Shown piece by piece: positions 46,689 through 58,165 of a DNA stretch of 64,000 nucleotides. This DNA is from Hyphomicrobiales bacterium. GTDB lineage: Bacteria > Pseudomonadota > Alphaproteobacteria > Rhizobiales > JACESI01. Under the pieces are notes generated by a model, which was given only the letters and a program-made list of their open reading frames with translations, had not been told where the DNA came from and searched no databases. The stretch's first letter is position 1. Every line of letters begins with the position of its first letter. The DNA is taken from the NCBI GenBank assembly GCA_013911885.1, contig JACESI010000001.1:242966-306965 (forward strand). The letters run 5' to 3'. Made by a program: the position numbers and the translations under genes.

Positions 46689-48650
46689 ATGTCGCGCGTC
46701 GTTCCGAGAGACCCTGAAAGCGCCAGTCGCCGCAACGCCCGCCTCTCGCGGCTTTGGCTGCTTTGGGGCGTGAGTGCGCTTGTTCCGATCGCAATCCTCG
46801 CCCGCGCGCTTTTTTCTCCGCCCGCAGACGCCATGCCGCCTGCCATCGCAGCCACGGCCTTCGCCTGTCTCGTGCCGATCGGTCTTGCCATCGTTCTGTT
46901 GCGCCGTATCGAGCGGGAAAGACAACGTCTCGCGAAGCAAGTGAGCAAACTTGCGCGCGACCTTGAACATGCGCAGGACGATCTCTGGGAAAAACACAAC
47001 CACGAAGAGCGGCTTCAACAGGCGGAAAATTCAAGCCGCGCGCAATCGCGCTTCATTGCAACCGTGAGCCATGAAATCCGTACCCCGCTCAACGGCATTC
47101 TGGGCATGAGCGATCTTCTGGCAGGCTCATCGCTTTCCCCCGAGCAGAAGGTCTATAATGATGCCGTGCGCCATTCGGGGACCGCTCTCTTGAGCCTCAT
47201 CAACGATATTCTCGACTTTTCGCGGATCGATACAGGACGGCTCGACCTGATGCCGGGCGAGACCAGTCTCACAGCGCTTCTGGAAACGATTGCCGAATTC
47301 CTCGCACCCCGAGCCCACGAGAAAGGCATTGATATCGCGGCACTGGTTGACCCGACCTTGCCGGAAACCGCGTATTTTGATGCCGAAAGGGTGAAGCAGG
47401 TCCTGTTCAATCTCGTTGGCAATGCGATCAAATTCACGGCGCAAGGCGGTGTTATCGTAAGCGCAGAGCGCGGCCTTGGCGGACTGATCTTCAGCGTGAC
47501 CGATACGGGGATTGGCATCGCTCCTGAAGCGCAGACGCGGATTTTTCAGGAATTCGAGCAAGCAGATGCGAGCACCACGCGGGCATTCGGTGGCACCGGT
47601 CTTGGTCTCGCGATTGCGCGGCGCATCGTTCAATCGCTTGGCGGAAGCCTCATGGTCGAGAGCAGCGAAGGCGAGGGCGCGCGGTTTCATTTCACCCTGC
47701 CGATGGACCTTCCGCCTGTCGTATGGTCGCCCGCCCTTGGTGGCCTTTCGGCCTTTCATATTGGCCCGACCTCGCCTGAAACCGAAGCGCTGGAGCGACA
47801 GTTTGCTGCCGAGGGCGCGGGTTTCATGACCGCACCCTCGATCGCCGCCGCACAGGCCAAACTCGCTGCGGCCGGTGCGGCGGGCGAGCCCTTTTCGCTC
47901 CTCCTCGTTGATGCGCGCCTGATTTTAGAGCCGTCGGAATTATTGCCGGCGCTTGAGGCCGCCGCCCTCGGGGCGTCTGCTGATAATCTGCCGCCCTCCA
48001 TCGTGCTTCTCGCGCCGCGCGATCGCCACAGGCTGGAATCAATCCAGAAAGCGGGCTTCAATTCCTACCTGATGCGCCCGGTGCGCGCGGGTTCGCTGCG
48101 AGCGATTGCGCGCAATATGTTGGATAAAAACGGCAAGCCGCAATCCGGATTTGTCGAGGACCCGGCAGACAAGATATCTGGGACAGCCAAGGCTGGCCCT
48201 GCTCAGTCCGACGCGCCGGCGGAAACGCTCAAAGCGCTTCTGGTTGAGGACAATCCGATCAATGCGCTTCTCGCGCGCGCGCTTCTGGAACGCGCCGGAT
48301 TTCAGGTTGAGACCCGCGTAAGCGGTGCGGACGCGGTTGCGCATTTCCGCGAAGTGGCGGATTTCGGATTGATCCTGATGGACCTGCATATGCCGGGCAT
48401 GGACGGCGCATGCGCTGCTAGCCATATCCGCGAAATCGAGGCTGCGGAGGAGCGAATGCCGGTCACCATCCTCGCCCTCACGGCAGATGCGACCAACGAG
48501 GCGCGCGATCGCGCGCTCGCTGCGGGCATGGACGCGGTGCTCACAAAACCGCTTGATATCGACCTTTTCCGTGAACTGCTCGGCAGAGAGCGGTCAAGGG
48601 TTCTCACGCTGCGCAACATCCCCGGTGATAGACCTGTCACAAAATTGTAG
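46689..48650 (+). CDS. Hybrid sensor histidine kinase/response regulator (2 TM, HisKA, HATPase_c, degenerate receiver, canonical receiver)
   Basis: 653 aa with H-box SHEIRTPLNGILGMS, N box LFNLVGNAIKFT and G boxes DTGIGI / GTGLGLAI. The central receiver-like domain has YLMRPV where K is expected. The C-terminal REC has LMDLHMPGMDG and LTKPL. Confidence 0.88.
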   Translation: MSRVVPRDPESASRRNARLSRLWLLWGVSALVPIAILARALFSPPADAMPPAIAATAFACLVPIGLAIVLLRRIERERQRLAKQVSKLARDLEHAQDDLWEKHNHEERLQQAENSSRAQSRFIATVSHEIRTPLNGILGMSDLLAGSSLSPEQKVYNDAVRHSGTALLSLINDILDFSRIDTGRLDLMPGETSLTALLETIAEFLAPRAHEKGIDIAALVDPTLPETAYFDAERVKQVLFNLVGNAIKFTAQGGVIVSAERGLGGLIFSVTDTGIGIAPEAQTRIFQEFEQADASTTRAFGGTGLGLAIARRIVQSLGGSLMVESSEGEGARFHFTLPMDLPPVVWSPALGGLSAFHIGPTSPETEALERQFAAEGAGFMTAPSIAAAQAKLAAAGAAGEPFSLLLVDARLILEPSELLPALEAAALGASADNLPPSIVLLAPRDRHRLESIQKAGFNSYLMRPVRAGSLRAIARNMLDKNGKPQSGFVEDPADKISGTAKAGPAQSDAPAETLKALLVEDNPINALLARALLERAGFQVETRVSGADAVAHFREVADFGLILMDLHMPGMDGACAASHIREIEAAEERMPVTILALTADATNEARDRALAAGMDAVLTKPLDIDLFRELLGRERSRVLTLRNIPGDRPVTKL

Positions 48651-48737
48651 AATCACCGTGATTTAAGCGCTGAATTGGGCCGTGCTGTTCGATTCGCTTG
48701 ATAAAGAACATCACATCGGCCGCGAGGGGAACAGTCA

Positions 48738-49667
48738 ATGACATCAGACAGGTTGCCGTGGCAGCTTTGGCGCCCGGAATTCTCAAGGTTCGCAGCCAGT
48801 TTTTCACCCATTAAGAAATTGATGATACCCTTTGAAAAGGCACCGCGTGACGCGGTGCTTGGCCGCATTGGCCAGTTGGAGGTGCGCCTTGTGCGGACAA
48901 GGCGCGAATTGCACGCGGCACAGCGCCTGCGCTTCGTTGTCTTTTATGAGGAAAAGTTGGCCCAGGTCACAACCGGCGGCATGACCCGTTTCGGACGCGA
49001 TGTCGATGATTTTGATGCAATCTGCGACCATCTCATTGTCATCGACAATGCGGCGCACGAACCGGGCAACGGGCGGGCGAAGCCAAAACCCAAAATCGTC
49101 GGTACCTATCGTTTGCTGCGACAGGATGTGGCAATGCGTCATGGCGGCTTTTACAGCCAGTCTGAATTCGATCTGACAGACCTTCTTGCCCGCCATGCTG
49201 GCAAGCGGTTTCTGGAACTTGGCCGGTCCTGCGTCATGCGCGAATACCGCACCAAGCGGACTGTGGAACTGCTCTGGCACGGCATCTGGAGCTATATCCT
49301 GCGGCACAAGATCGATGTGATGATCGGTTGCGCGTCGCTCCACGGCACCGATATAGATCACCTTTCGGATCAGCTTACCTTGCTGTCGCGCGCAGTCAGG
49401 ACGCCGGACGAGTGGCAGGTCCGCGCTCATCCGCATCATTATGTGGCCATGGATCGCGCAACCGGGTCTTTCTCGGAGCGTCAGGCGCTCGCCGCCCTGC
49501 CGCCGCTGATCAAGGGTTATCTGCGTCTTGGTGCCTATATCGGCGATGGAGCGGTCGTCGATCACGCCTTCGGCACGACCGATGTGCTTGTGGTGCTGCC
49601 GGTTGAAAACATCAGCCCGCGTTATATCACCCATTATGGCGAGGATGCCGGGCGCTACGCCGCTTGA
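48738..49667 (+). CDS. olsB: GNAT-family N-acyltransferase, OlsB-like (ornithine-lipid / lyso-ornithine lipid synthesis family)
   Basis: 309 aa. RELHAAQRLRFVVFYEE and GTYRLLRQD blocks are typical of the OlsB/hemolysin-like acyltransferase family. An RBS (GAGGGGA) precedes the ATG at 48738. The ATG at 48822 is an alternative start. Confidence 0.6.
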   Translation: MTSDRLPWQLWRPEFSRFAASFSPIKKLMIPFEKAPRDAVLGRIGQLEVRLVRTRRELHAAQRLRFVVFYEEKLAQVTTGGMTRFGRDVDDFDAICDHLIVIDNAAHEPGNGRAKPKPKIVGTYRLLRQDVAMRHGGFYSQSEFDLTDLLARHAGKRFLELGRSCVMREYRTKRTVELLWHGIWSYILRHKIDVMIGCASLHGTDIDHLSDQLTLLSRAVRTPDEWQVRAHPHHYVAMDRATGSFSERQALAALPPLIKGYLRLGAYIGDGAVVDHAFGTTDVLVVLPVENISPRYITHYGEDAGRYAA

Positions 49668-49785
49668 TCGACCGGGCCTTTTGATCTCTCATTGATTGCG
49701 AAACTTCGGGAAAACCCGTCAGGCGATGGGCTAGGCTCGAAAAGCCCGCGTGAATTCAAAAGCATGCTCTGCTAAAGTGCGGCGC

Positions 49786-52620
49786 ATGAATGTGCCGCCA
49801 TCCTCCTCATCGACTGCCCCGAGCGCCGGCGTTGCCGATCTGACGCCGATGATGGCGCAATATATCGAGATCAAGACCGCCAATCCGGATACGCTCCTGT
49901 TTTATCGCATGGGTGATTTCTACGAGCTTTTCTTCGAGGATGCAGAGGAAGCCTCGCGCGCGCTCGGCATCACCCTCACCAAGCGCGGCAAGCATCAGGG
50001 CGCCGATATTCCGATGTGCGGGGTTCCGGTTCATTCCTCGTCCGATTATCTCGACCGCCTCATTCAGCTTGGTTTCCGGGTTGCCGTTTGTGAGCAGACG
50101 GAAGACCCGGCGGAGGCAAAGAAGCGCGGTGCGAAGTCGGTGGTGAAGCGCGATGTGGTGCGCATCGTCACGCCTGGAACATTGACCGAAGAAACACTTC
50201 TCGATCCCGGCGCGAACAATTACCTGGCGGCACTCGCGCGGGTGAAAGGTTCTGAAAACGGCGAGTTTGCCCTCGCCTGGGTTGATCTGTCGACGGGCGA
50301 CTTCCGCCTCGCGGAGACCCATCTGAGCCGGCTTGAGGAGGATATCGCCCGGATCGAGCCGAAGGAACTTCTGGTCAGCGACACGCTGCTTGGCGAGCGC
50401 GACCTGCGTTCCCGGATCGAAGGGCGAGCGGGAAGCGCGGGCGGAAGCGGGGTTGTGGTGAGCCAGCCTGCGGCCTTCTTCGATTCGAGCACGGCGGAAG
50501 AGCGCATCAGACGGTTTTATGCAGTTGCTTCGCTTGAGGCTTTTGGCGGCTTCAGCCGTGCTGAGCGCGCGGCTGCGGCGGCGATCCTCTCTTATCTTGA
50601 GAAAACCCAGATCGGTGAAAAACCCGCCCTGAACCCGCCGGTACGAGAGTCAGCGGGCGGCGTCATGCTGATTGATCCGGCAACCCGGACCAATCTTGAA
50701 ATCGTGCGCACGCTATCAGGTGAGCGGAAGGGCTCGCTGCTTGCCGCGATCGACCGGACGGTGACCGGCGCGGGCGCGCGCCTGCTTGCCGCGCGCATCG
50801 CAAGCCCCTCGCTCGATCAGGCGCAGATCAATGACCGCCTGGATGCGGTACAATGGTTTTTTGACCGGTCAGCCCTGAGGGAACAAGTGCGCGCATGCCT
50901 TAAAGCGGCGCCGGATATGGCGCGCTGCCTGGCGCGCCTGACCCTGTCGCGGGGCGGGCCGCGCGATCTGGCAGCAATCGGTGCCGGGCTGCGGCGGGCG
51001 CTCATGCTCCACGGTCTTCTCGTCCCTGCAGACAAGGCAGCAGGCGAAGAACCGGATGCGGATATCGACGAAGCAGCGGATTTGCCACGCGATCTCGTCG
51101 CTGCGAAACGGGCGCTTCTGGAAGCGCCGGATCATCTCGCCGATCTCATCGAGCGCGCCCTTGGCACCGACCTGCCGCTTCTGACGCGGGACGGCGGCTT
51201 CGTGAGGCCGGGATACAACGCAGCGCTTGATGCGGCGCGTGCGCTGCGCGATGAAAGCCGAAAGGTCATTGCCGGGCTCCAGGCAACCTATGCCGATATG
51301 ACCGGTATCAGGGCGCTCAAGATCAAGCACAACAATGTGCTCGGCTATTTCATCGAAGTGACCGCGCAAAACGCCGATGCGATGTTCGCGGAGCCGCTTA
51401 AGGCGACGTTCATTCATCGCCAGACACTTGCAAATGCCGTGCGTTTCACGACCCCGGAACTCTCAGAACTGCAATCCGGTATCGTCAACGCGGCGGAGCA
51501 GGCGCTTGCGATCGAGCGCCAGATTTTCAACGATCTGACCGAATCGCTCGCGGCCGTCGTGGGCCCGATCAAGACGGCAGCCCGCGCCATGGCGGAACTC
51601 GATGTCGTCGCGGCTGCGGCCGAGCTTGCAGAGCGGCGATCCTATTGCCGTCCACGCGTTGATGAAAGCCTTGCCTTTGCGATCAAGGCCGGGCGTCATC
51701 CGGTGGTCGAACGGGCGCTTGCCGATGGTCCGGGCGAACCGTTCATTGCCAATGATTGCGACCTGTCCGGCATTCTGGCGGACAGCGAAGGGGGCCTCAT
51801 CTGGCTCATCACCGGCCCGAACATGGCCGGCAAATCGACCTTTCTGCGGCAGAACGCGCTGATTGCCCTGATGGCGCAGGCGGGCCTCTTCGTGCCGGCG
51901 GAAAGCGCTCATATCGGCCTTGTTGACCGGCTGTTCTCGCGCGTTGGCGCCGCCGATGATCTCGCGCGCGGGCGCTCCACCTTCATGGTAGAAATGGTTG
52001 AAACGGCGGCAATCCTCAATCAGGCAGGCCCCCGCGCCCTTGTCATCCTCGATGAGATCGGTCGCGGCACCGCCACCTTTGACGGGCTTTCGATTGCCTG
52101 GTCGGCGATCGAGCATCTGCACGAGATCAACCGCTCGCGCGCCCTATTTGCGACGCATTATCATGAACTGACGGCGCTCTCAAAGACCCTTGAGCGGCTC
52201 TCGAACGCGACGGTCAAGGTGCGCGAATGGAAGGGTGATCTCGTATTCCTGCACGAAATCGTGCCGGGTTCAGCGGATCGCTCCTATGGTATTCAGGTTG
52301 CAAAGCTTGCCGGGTTGCCAGCGAGCGTTATCAAGCGGGCGAGGGAAGTCCTGAGCGCGCTTGAAACATCGGACCAGGGAAAGCCCGCAGCGCTTGTCGC
52401 TGATCTCCCGCTTTTCAGTGTTGCAACCACGGTCAGATCCGGGTCATCCTCACCGAAGAAAAATCGGGTAGCGCAAGCGATTCTGACGCTCGATCTCGAC
52501 GATCTGACGCCAAGGGAGGCCCTCGAACAGCTTTACGCGCTCAGAAGGCTTGTAAATGAGGATGCGGATGGCAACGGCAGGCAGGATCAAGGCCGGCATC
52601 GAACCGGGCTCTCCGATTGA
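49786..52620 (+). CDS. mutS: DNA mismatch repair protein MutS
   Basis: 944 aa with [34 protein letters not shown], Walker [28 protein letters not shown] and FATHYHEL blocks. I trimmed the start to the ATG at 49786. Confidence 0.97.
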   Translation: MNVPPSSSSTAPSAGVADLTPMMAQYIEIKTANPDTLLFYRMGDFYELFFEDAEEASRALGITLTKRGKHQGADIPMCGVPVHSSSDYLDRLIQLGFRVAVCEQTEDPAEAKKRGAKSVVKRDVVRIVTPGTLTEETLLDPGANNYLAALARVKGSENGEFALAWVDLSTGDFRLAETHLSRLEEDIARIEPKELLVSDTLLGERDLRSRIEGRAGSAGGSGVVVSQPAAFFDSSTAEERIRRFYAVASLEAFGGFSRAERAAAAAILSYLEKTQIGEKPALNPPVRESAGGVMLIDPATRTNLEIVRTLSGERKGSLLAAIDRTVTGAGARLLAARIASPSLDQAQINDRLDAVQWFFDRSALREQVRACLKAAPDMARCLARLTLSRGGPRDLAAIGAGLRRALMLHGLLVPADKAAGEEPDADIDEAADLPRDLVAAKRALLEAPDHLADLIERALGTDLPLLTRDGGFVRPGYNAALDAARALRDESRKVIAGLQATYADMTGIRALKIKHNNVLGYFIEVTAQNADAMFAEPLKATFIHRQTLANAVRFTTPELSELQSGIVNAAEQALAIERQIFNDLTESLAAVVGPIKTAARAMAELDVVAAAAELAERRSYCRPRVDESLAFAIKAGRHPVVERALADGPGEPFIANDCDLSGILADSEGGLIWLITGPNMAGKSTFLRQNALIALMAQAGLFVPAESAHIGLVDRLFSRVGAADDLARGRSTFMVEMVETAAILNQAGPRALVILDEIGRGTATFDGLSIAWSAIEHLHEINRSRALFATHYHELTALSKTLERLSNATVKVREWKGDLVFLHEIVPGSADRSYGIQVAKLAGLPASVIKRAREVLSALETSDQGKPAALVADLPLFSVATTVRSGSSSPKKNRVAQAILTLDLDDLTPREALEQLYALRRLVNEDADGNGRQDQGRHRTGLSD

Positions 52621-52675
52621 GAACGAGCCTAAAACGGGGCCAGACAAAGGCCCAATCACAGGAATATCCCTCTTG

Positions 52676-55480
52676 ATGCATGCAACCATATCCCAAGCGG
52701 CGAAAAACCGGGCGGAACGCGACGGCCTGATCAATCTTGCAAAAGCGCGCGCGAAGCTTGCCGGAATCGTTTCCGAATATGGCGGGGCGGAATCCTCGAA
52801 ATGCCGTCTCGCGCTTCTGGGATATCTCAAGACGATTGTCAAAGACGGGCGCAGTCGAACGGAAACGCTTCTTCTCAAAGACGGTTCAGGGATGAAATGC
52901 GCCGAAAGGCTGAACGATTTGCAGGACTGCCTGATCCGCTTGATCCATCAATTCGCCCTTGATTATATCTACCGGGTGGACAATCCCTCGGCTGGCGAAC
53001 AGATGTCGGTTGTCGCTGTTGGCGGTTATGGCCGCGGCACGCTTGCCCCCGGCTCGGATATCGACCTTTTGTTTCTCCTGCCCTACAAACAGACCCCCTG
53101 GGGCGAGAGCGTTGTCGAATACATCCTTTATTTTCTTTGGGACCTCGGCTTCAAGGTCGGCCACGCAACGCGCGACATCGACGAGTGTGTGCGCATGGCG
53201 CGGCAAGACATGACGATCCGCACCGCGCTTCTTGAGGCCCGCTACCTCTGCGGTGACCGCCATCTTTTCGATAAGATGGAAGAACGCTTTGATCGCGAAG
53301 TGCTGCGCGGGACCAGCGCGCAATTCATTGAGGCGAAAATGGCCGAACGCGACCAGCGCCATCGCAAGGCGGGCGGGTCGCGCTATCTCGTCGAGCCCAA
53401 TGTCAAGGAAGGCAAGGGCGCGCTTCGTGATCTTCATACCTTGTTCTGGATTGCAAAATATTTCTATCAGGTCCGCACGGCGGAGGAGCTTCTGCAAAAG
53501 GGTGTTTTTGACAAGGACGAATATCGCCTGTTCGAAAAATCGAGTGATTTCCTCTGGGCGGTGCGCTGCCACCTTCATTATCTGACCGGGCGGGCGGAGG
53601 AGCGGCTGAGTTTCGATCTTCAGCGCGAGATGGCTCAGCGCCTCAACTACAAGACCCATGCGGGTCTTCTCGATGTCGAACGTTTCATGAAGCATTACTT
53701 TCTGGTCGCCAAAGACGTGGGCAACCTGACCAACATTCTTTCCGCCAAGCTTGAGGAAGAGCAGGTCAAGGCAACGCCGGGCCTCAGTGGGTTTGTCAAG
53801 AGCGTACGCCGCCGCAGGCCAAGCGCCATCAAAGGCAGCGATTCGTTTCTTCTCGAAAACAAGCGCATCATTCAGGCCAACGACGACATATTCCAGAGCG
53901 ATCCGGTGAATTTCCTGCGTGCCTTCAAGGTTGCCGATGATACCGGCCTTGCCTTCCATCCGGATCTTCTGCATCTGATGGCGCGCTCGCTCAAGCTGAT
54001 CGGCAGGGAGTTGCGGGCCAATGGCGAGGCAAACGAGCTTTTTCTGAAAATCCTGACTTCGCGGCGCGACCCGGAAACACTGCTGCGCAAGATGAACGAA
54101 TCCGGCGTTCTTGGGCGCTTCATTCCCGATTTCGGCAAGATTGTCGCGATGATGCAGTTCAACATGTATCATCATTACACGGTGGATGAGCATACGATCC
54201 GCGCCGTCGGCATTCTGGCCTCTATCGAGCGAAAGGAGCGTCAGGCGGAGCATCCGTTCTCTCATAATCTCATTGACACGGTGCAGGACCGGGTGCTGCT
54301 CTATCTCGCGCTTTTTCTGCATGATATCGCCAAGGGCCGCCCGGAAGATCATTCGATTGCCGGGGCGCGCCTTGCGCGTCGGCTTGGCAAGCGCTTCAAC
54401 CTGAAACCGTCGCAGATCGACACATTGTCATGGCTTGTGCTTGAACATCTGACCATGAGCATGACAGCCCAGTCGCGCGATCTTGGTGATCCGAAAACAA
54501 TCCGTGACTTTGCAAATATCGTGCAGACGCCGGAGCGACTCAAACTTCTGTTGATCCTCACCGTCTGCGACACGCGGGCGGTTGGCCCCGGCGTCTGGAA
54601 CGGCTGGAAGGGCCAGTTGATACGCACACTCTACAGCGAGACTCACCCTGTCCTGACCGGCGGGTATGAGATGCTCGCCATGGATCAGCGCGCGGAGCGC
54701 ATGAAAGAACTCCTGGCCGAGGCGCTCGGCGCCTGGTCGAAGACGGATGCCAATACCTATGTCGAGCGGCATTATCCGGGTTATCTCATCCGCACCGATC
54801 TGGACACGTTGGTGCGCCATGCCGAATTCGTGCTGGAAAGCCAGAAGGCGGGTTTAAAACTCGCAACCATGACGCGGACCCTCGCTTTCGAAGGGGTGAC
54901 GGAAGTGTCGGTCTTTGCTCCGGATCAGCCAAACATGCTGAGCCTGCTTGCCGGGGCCTGCGCGCGCGCCGGAGCGGATATTGTTGATGCGCAGATTTAC
55001 ACCACGCGTGACGGCTTCGCGATCGACACAATCCATATTCGCCGCGAATTCAATGTGGATATGGATGAAAGCCGCCGCGCTGAGCGCATCGCGAACGAGG
55101 TGAAGCTCGCGCTCTCGGGGCAGATGCCAAAAGACAATCCCGAGGGGCCGATTCGCTCTGTGCGGCAAACCAGCAAGGCATTTTCGGTGCAGACCGACAT
55201 CGTTCTCGACAATACCCTGTCCAACCGATTCACCGTGATCGAGGCGTCTGGCAAGGACCGCAACGGTCTTCTGCGCGATCTTGCCAACGCGCTTTTCGAA
55301 TTGAATCTCAATATTTCCACCGCCCATATCGCGACTTTCGGCGAACGCGCGGTGGATGTGTTTTATGTGACCGACCTGATGGGGGAAAAGATCGAGAACA
55401 AGGCGCGGCAAGGTCGCATCATGCGACGGCTTGAGGAGGCTTTCTCGCCGCCTGCCAAAGTGCCGCGGAAAGTGGCATAG
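52676..55480 (+). CDS. glnD: Bifunctional [protein-PII] uridylyltransferase/uridylyl-removing enzyme
   Basis: 934 aa with nucleotidyltransferase block VAVGGYGRGTLAPGSDIDLLFL, an HD domain (FLHDIAKG) and two C-terminal ACT domains. I took the start as the first ATG after the mutS stop (52676). The 52556 ORF start would overlap mutS. Confidence 0.93.
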   Translation: MHATISQAAKNRAERDGLINLAKARAKLAGIVSEYGGAESSKCRLALLGYLKTIVKDGRSRTETLLLKDGSGMKCAERLNDLQDCLIRLIHQFALDYIYRVDNPSAGEQMSVVAVGGYGRGTLAPGSDIDLLFLLPYKQTPWGESVVEYILYFLWDLGFKVGHATRDIDECVRMARQDMTIRTALLEARYLCGDRHLFDKMEERFDREVLRGTSAQFIEAKMAERDQRHRKAGGSRYLVEPNVKEGKGALRDLHTLFWIAKYFYQVRTAEELLQKGVFDKDEYRLFEKSSDFLWAVRCHLHYLTGRAEERLSFDLQREMAQRLNYKTHAGLLDVERFMKHYFLVAKDVGNLTNILSAKLEEEQVKATPGLSGFVKSVRRRRPSAIKGSDSFLLENKRIIQANDDIFQSDPVNFLRAFKVADDTGLAFHPDLLHLMARSLKLIGRELRANGEANELFLKILTSRRDPETLLRKMNESGVLGRFIPDFGKIVAMMQFNMYHHYTVDEHTIRAVGILASIERKERQAEHPFSHNLIDTVQDRVLLYLALFLHDIAKGRPEDHSIAGARLARRLGKRFNLKPSQIDTLSWLVLEHLTMSMTAQSRDLGDPKTIRDFANIVQTPERLKLLLILTVCDTRAVGPGVWNGWKGQLIRTLYSETHPVLTGGYEMLAMDQRAERMKELLAEALGAWSKTDANTYVERHYPGYLIRTDLDTLVRHAEFVLESQKAGLKLATMTRTLAFEGVTEVSVFAPDQPNMLSLLAGACARAGADIVDAQIYTTRDGFAIDTIHIRREFNVDMDESRRAERIANEVKLALSGQMPKDNPEGPIRSVRQTSKAFSVQTDIVLDNTLSNRFTVIEASGKDRNGLLRDLANALFELNLNISTAHIATFGERAVDVFYVTDLMGEKIENKARQGRIMRRLEEAFSPPAKVPRKVA

Positions 55481-55485
55481 CGGCG

Positions 55486-57063
55486 ATGGATCTGTTCAAG
55501 AGCTTCACCACAGTCGGTGGCGCGACACTGGCGAGCCGCCTGCTCGGTTTTGTGCGCGAGATCCTGATTGCAAGCCTGATCGGCGCAGGGCCAGTTGCCG
55601 ATGCTTTCTATGCGGCATTCCGTTTTCCAAATCTGTTCCGCAGGCTCTTCGCCGAAGGCGCCTTCAATACCGCCTTTGTGCCCTTGTTTGCCAAGGAGCT
55701 GGAGGCAGGCGGCCATGCGGCGGCGGAGCGCTTTGCGCGCGAGGTGTTTTCCGTACTTCTGGTCACGCTCCTCGTTCTCGTGGCGCTCATGGAGATCTTC
55801 ATGCCGCTTCTCGTTGCGACGGTGATCGCACCGCGGTTCGGCACGGGCACGGAGAAGACGCTCCTCACCATCGATCTTGCACGCATCATGTTTCCCTATC
55901 TCCTGTGCATGTCGCTGGTCGCCATGCTTTCCGGCGTTCTGAACGCGTTCCGGCATTATTTCATCGCGGCGCTGGTGCCGGTTCTCCTCAATGTCGTGAT
56001 GATTGCGGTCCTTCTTGCCTGCGAGGCCCTGGATACCGGCAACAGCGCGCTGACGGGCCGGGTGATGGCGTGGGGTGTCGCACTTGCCGGCTTCGCCCAG
56101 CTTGGCCTTGTCTGGATTGCGGCAAAGCGCACCGGATTTACGCTCGCTTTCCAGCGCCCGCGCCTGACCGGCCCGGTGAAGCGGGTGCTCGTGCTTGCCG
56201 TGCCGGCGGCGATTGCGGGCGGGATCACGCAGATTAATCTCCTCATTGGCCAGATGATCGCCTCCGGCCAGGACGGGGCAATCGCACTCCTGCAATATGC
56301 CGACCGGATCTATCAATTGCCCCTCGGCGTCATCGGCATTGCCATCGGCGTCGTGCTTCTGCCCGAGCTTGCCCGCGACCTCAAATCCGGGAACGATCAG
56401 AAAGCCGTCACGACCCAGAACCATGCTCTCGAATTTGCCATGTTCCTGACGCTGCCCGCGACGGCAGCCTTGATGATCATGCCGGGCCTCATCTCCAGTG
56501 TGCTTTATCAGCGCGGTGCTTTTGATGCGGTGGCGGCGAACGGTGTCGCAGGTGCCCTTGCCGCCTTTGCTGTCGGTCTTCCCGCCTTTGTTCTGATCAA
56601 GGTACTCTCGCCCGGCTTCTTCGCCCGCGAAAACACGCGCACACCGATGAATTATGCGATCATCAACGCGGTCGTGAATGTGGTTCTGTCCTATATCCTG
56701 TTCCAGCAATTTGCCCATGTCGGCATTGCCGCCGCGACGAGTATCGCCGCCTGGGCTAATGTCGCCTTTCTCAGCATCGGACTTTACCGTCACGGTTACT
56801 GGCCGTTTAAGCCCCGGGCGATCAGGCGATGCATGATGATGCTGGCCGCGAGTGCGATCATGGCGCTCGTGCTTTATGGGCTGATGGAATATCTCGCCGA
56901 CGCTGGCCTGCTGCATGGCTTCGTGATACGGGCGCTCGCCCTTCTGTCGCTTGTGGTTATCGGTGGCGTTATCTATTTGGCGGCATGCCGGTTGACGGGC
57001 GCCGTTGAATTCGGGCAGATGATCCGCAGCTTTCGCAGACGCCGCCATACGGCAGGCGAATGA
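55486..57063 (+). CDS. murJ: Lipid II flippase MurJ (MviN)
   Basis: 525 aa with about 14 TM segments. The N-terminus MDLFKSFTTVGGATLASRLLGFVREILIASLIGAGPVADAFYAAFRFPNLFRRLFAEGAF is canonical for MurJ. The glnD-murJ linkage is conserved in rhizobia. Confidence 0.95.
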   Translation: MDLFKSFTTVGGATLASRLLGFVREILIASLIGAGPVADAFYAAFRFPNLFRRLFAEGAFNTAFVPLFAKELEAGGHAAAERFAREVFSVLLVTLLVLVALMEIFMPLLVATVIAPRFGTGTEKTLLTIDLARIMFPYLLCMSLVAMLSGVLNAFRHYFIAALVPVLLNVVMIAVLLACEALDTGNSALTGRVMAWGVALAGFAQLGLVWIAAKRTGFTLAFQRPRLTGPVKRVLVLAVPAAIAGGITQINLLIGQMIASGQDGAIALLQYADRIYQLPLGVIGIAIGVVLLPELARDLKSGNDQKAVTTQNHALEFAMFLTLPATAALMIMPGLISSVLYQRGAFDAVAANGVAGALAAFAVGLPAFVLIKVLSPGFFARENTRTPMNYAIINAVVNVVLSYILFQQFAHVGIAAATSIAAWANVAFLSIGLYRHGYWPFKPRAIRRCMMMLAASAIMALVLYGLMEYLADAGLLHGFVIRALALLSLVVIGGVIYLAACRLTGAVEFGQMIRSFRRRRHTAGE

Positions 57064-57084
57064 CCTTTTTCTTTCGGGACCAGC

Positions 57085-58128
57085 ATGACTGAGACGATTT
57101 TTACACCCCGCGTGTTTTCCGGCGTTCAGCCAACCGGCAATCTGCATCTTGGCAATTATCTCGGCGCAATCGTGAAATTCGTCGCGCTACAGGAAACCCA
57201 TGATTGCCTTTATTGCGTGGTTGATGAACACGCGATCACGGCAGAGATCCAGCCGCCTGATGTCCTGCGCGGCAATATACGTGAAGTGACGGCAGCTTTC
57301 ATCGCCGCCGGGGTCGATCACACCCGCCACATTGTCTTCAATCAAAGCCAGGTCAGCGTCCACGCCGAACTCGCCTGGGTCTTGAATTGTATCGCGCGGA
57401 TCGGCTGGCTGAACCGCATGACCCAGTTCAAGGACAAGGCAGGCAAAAACAAGGAGAATGCGTCTGTCGGTCTGTTCACCTATCCGAACCTGATGGCCGC
57501 GGATATCCTTGCCTACAAGGCAACGCATGTGCCGGTTGGCGAGGATCAGAAGCAGCATCTTGAGCTTGCCCGCGACATTGCAACGAAATTCAACCTTGAT
57601 CTTGCCGAGGCGATTGCTTCACGCGGCCATCGCGGTGCTTTTTTCCCGCTCCCGGAACCGCTGATTCAGGGTCCCGCCGCGCGCATCATGTCTCTGCGTG
57701 ACGGCACCAAGAAGATGTCCAAATCCGATGTATCCGATCTTTCCCGCATCAATCTCACCGATGATGGCGACACGATCATGAAGAAACTGCGCAAGGCGAA
57801 GACCGACCCGGACGGTCTGCCGGGCGAGGTCAAGGGACTTGAGGGTCGCCCCGAGGCGGATAATCTGGTCGGTATCTACGCAGCGCTTGCAGGCATGTCG
57901 AAGGAGGCGGTTTTGCGTGATTTCGGCGGCAAGCAGTTTTCGGAGTTCAAACCGGCGCTCGCTGAACTGGCAGAGACCACGCTCAGGCCGGTTGCGGACG
58001 AAATGCGCCGCCTGATGCTGGAACCTGATCATATCGACGCGATCCTGCGCGATGGTGCCGGTCGCGCCGAGGCGATTGCCCGTCCCGTCATGAATGATAT
58101 AAAAGATATTCTGGGATTCATTCGCTAG
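57085..58128 (+). CDS. trpS: Tryptophan--tRNA ligase
   Basis: 347 aa with a class I HIGH-region variant ([17 protein letters not shown]) and a KMSKS motif. Confidence 0.97.
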   Translation: MTETIFTPRVFSGVQPTGNLHLGNYLGAIVKFVALQETHDCLYCVVDEHAITAEIQPPDVLRGNIREVTAAFIAAGVDHTRHIVFNQSQVSVHAELAWVLNCIARIGWLNRMTQFKDKAGKNKENASVGLFTYPNLMAADILAYKATHVPVGEDQKQHLELARDIATKFNLDLAEAIASRGHRGAFFPLPEPLIQGPAARIMSLRDGTKKMSKSDVSDLSRINLTDDGDTIMKKLRKAKTDPDGLPGEVKGLEGRPEADNLVGIYAALAGMSKEAVLRDFGGKQFSEFKPALAELAETTLRPVADEMRRLMLEPDHIDAILRDGAGRAEAIARPVMNDIKDILGFIR

Positions 58129-58165
58129 GCGCGCGCGCCTGTGAAAACATAGGGCGGAAGACGGT

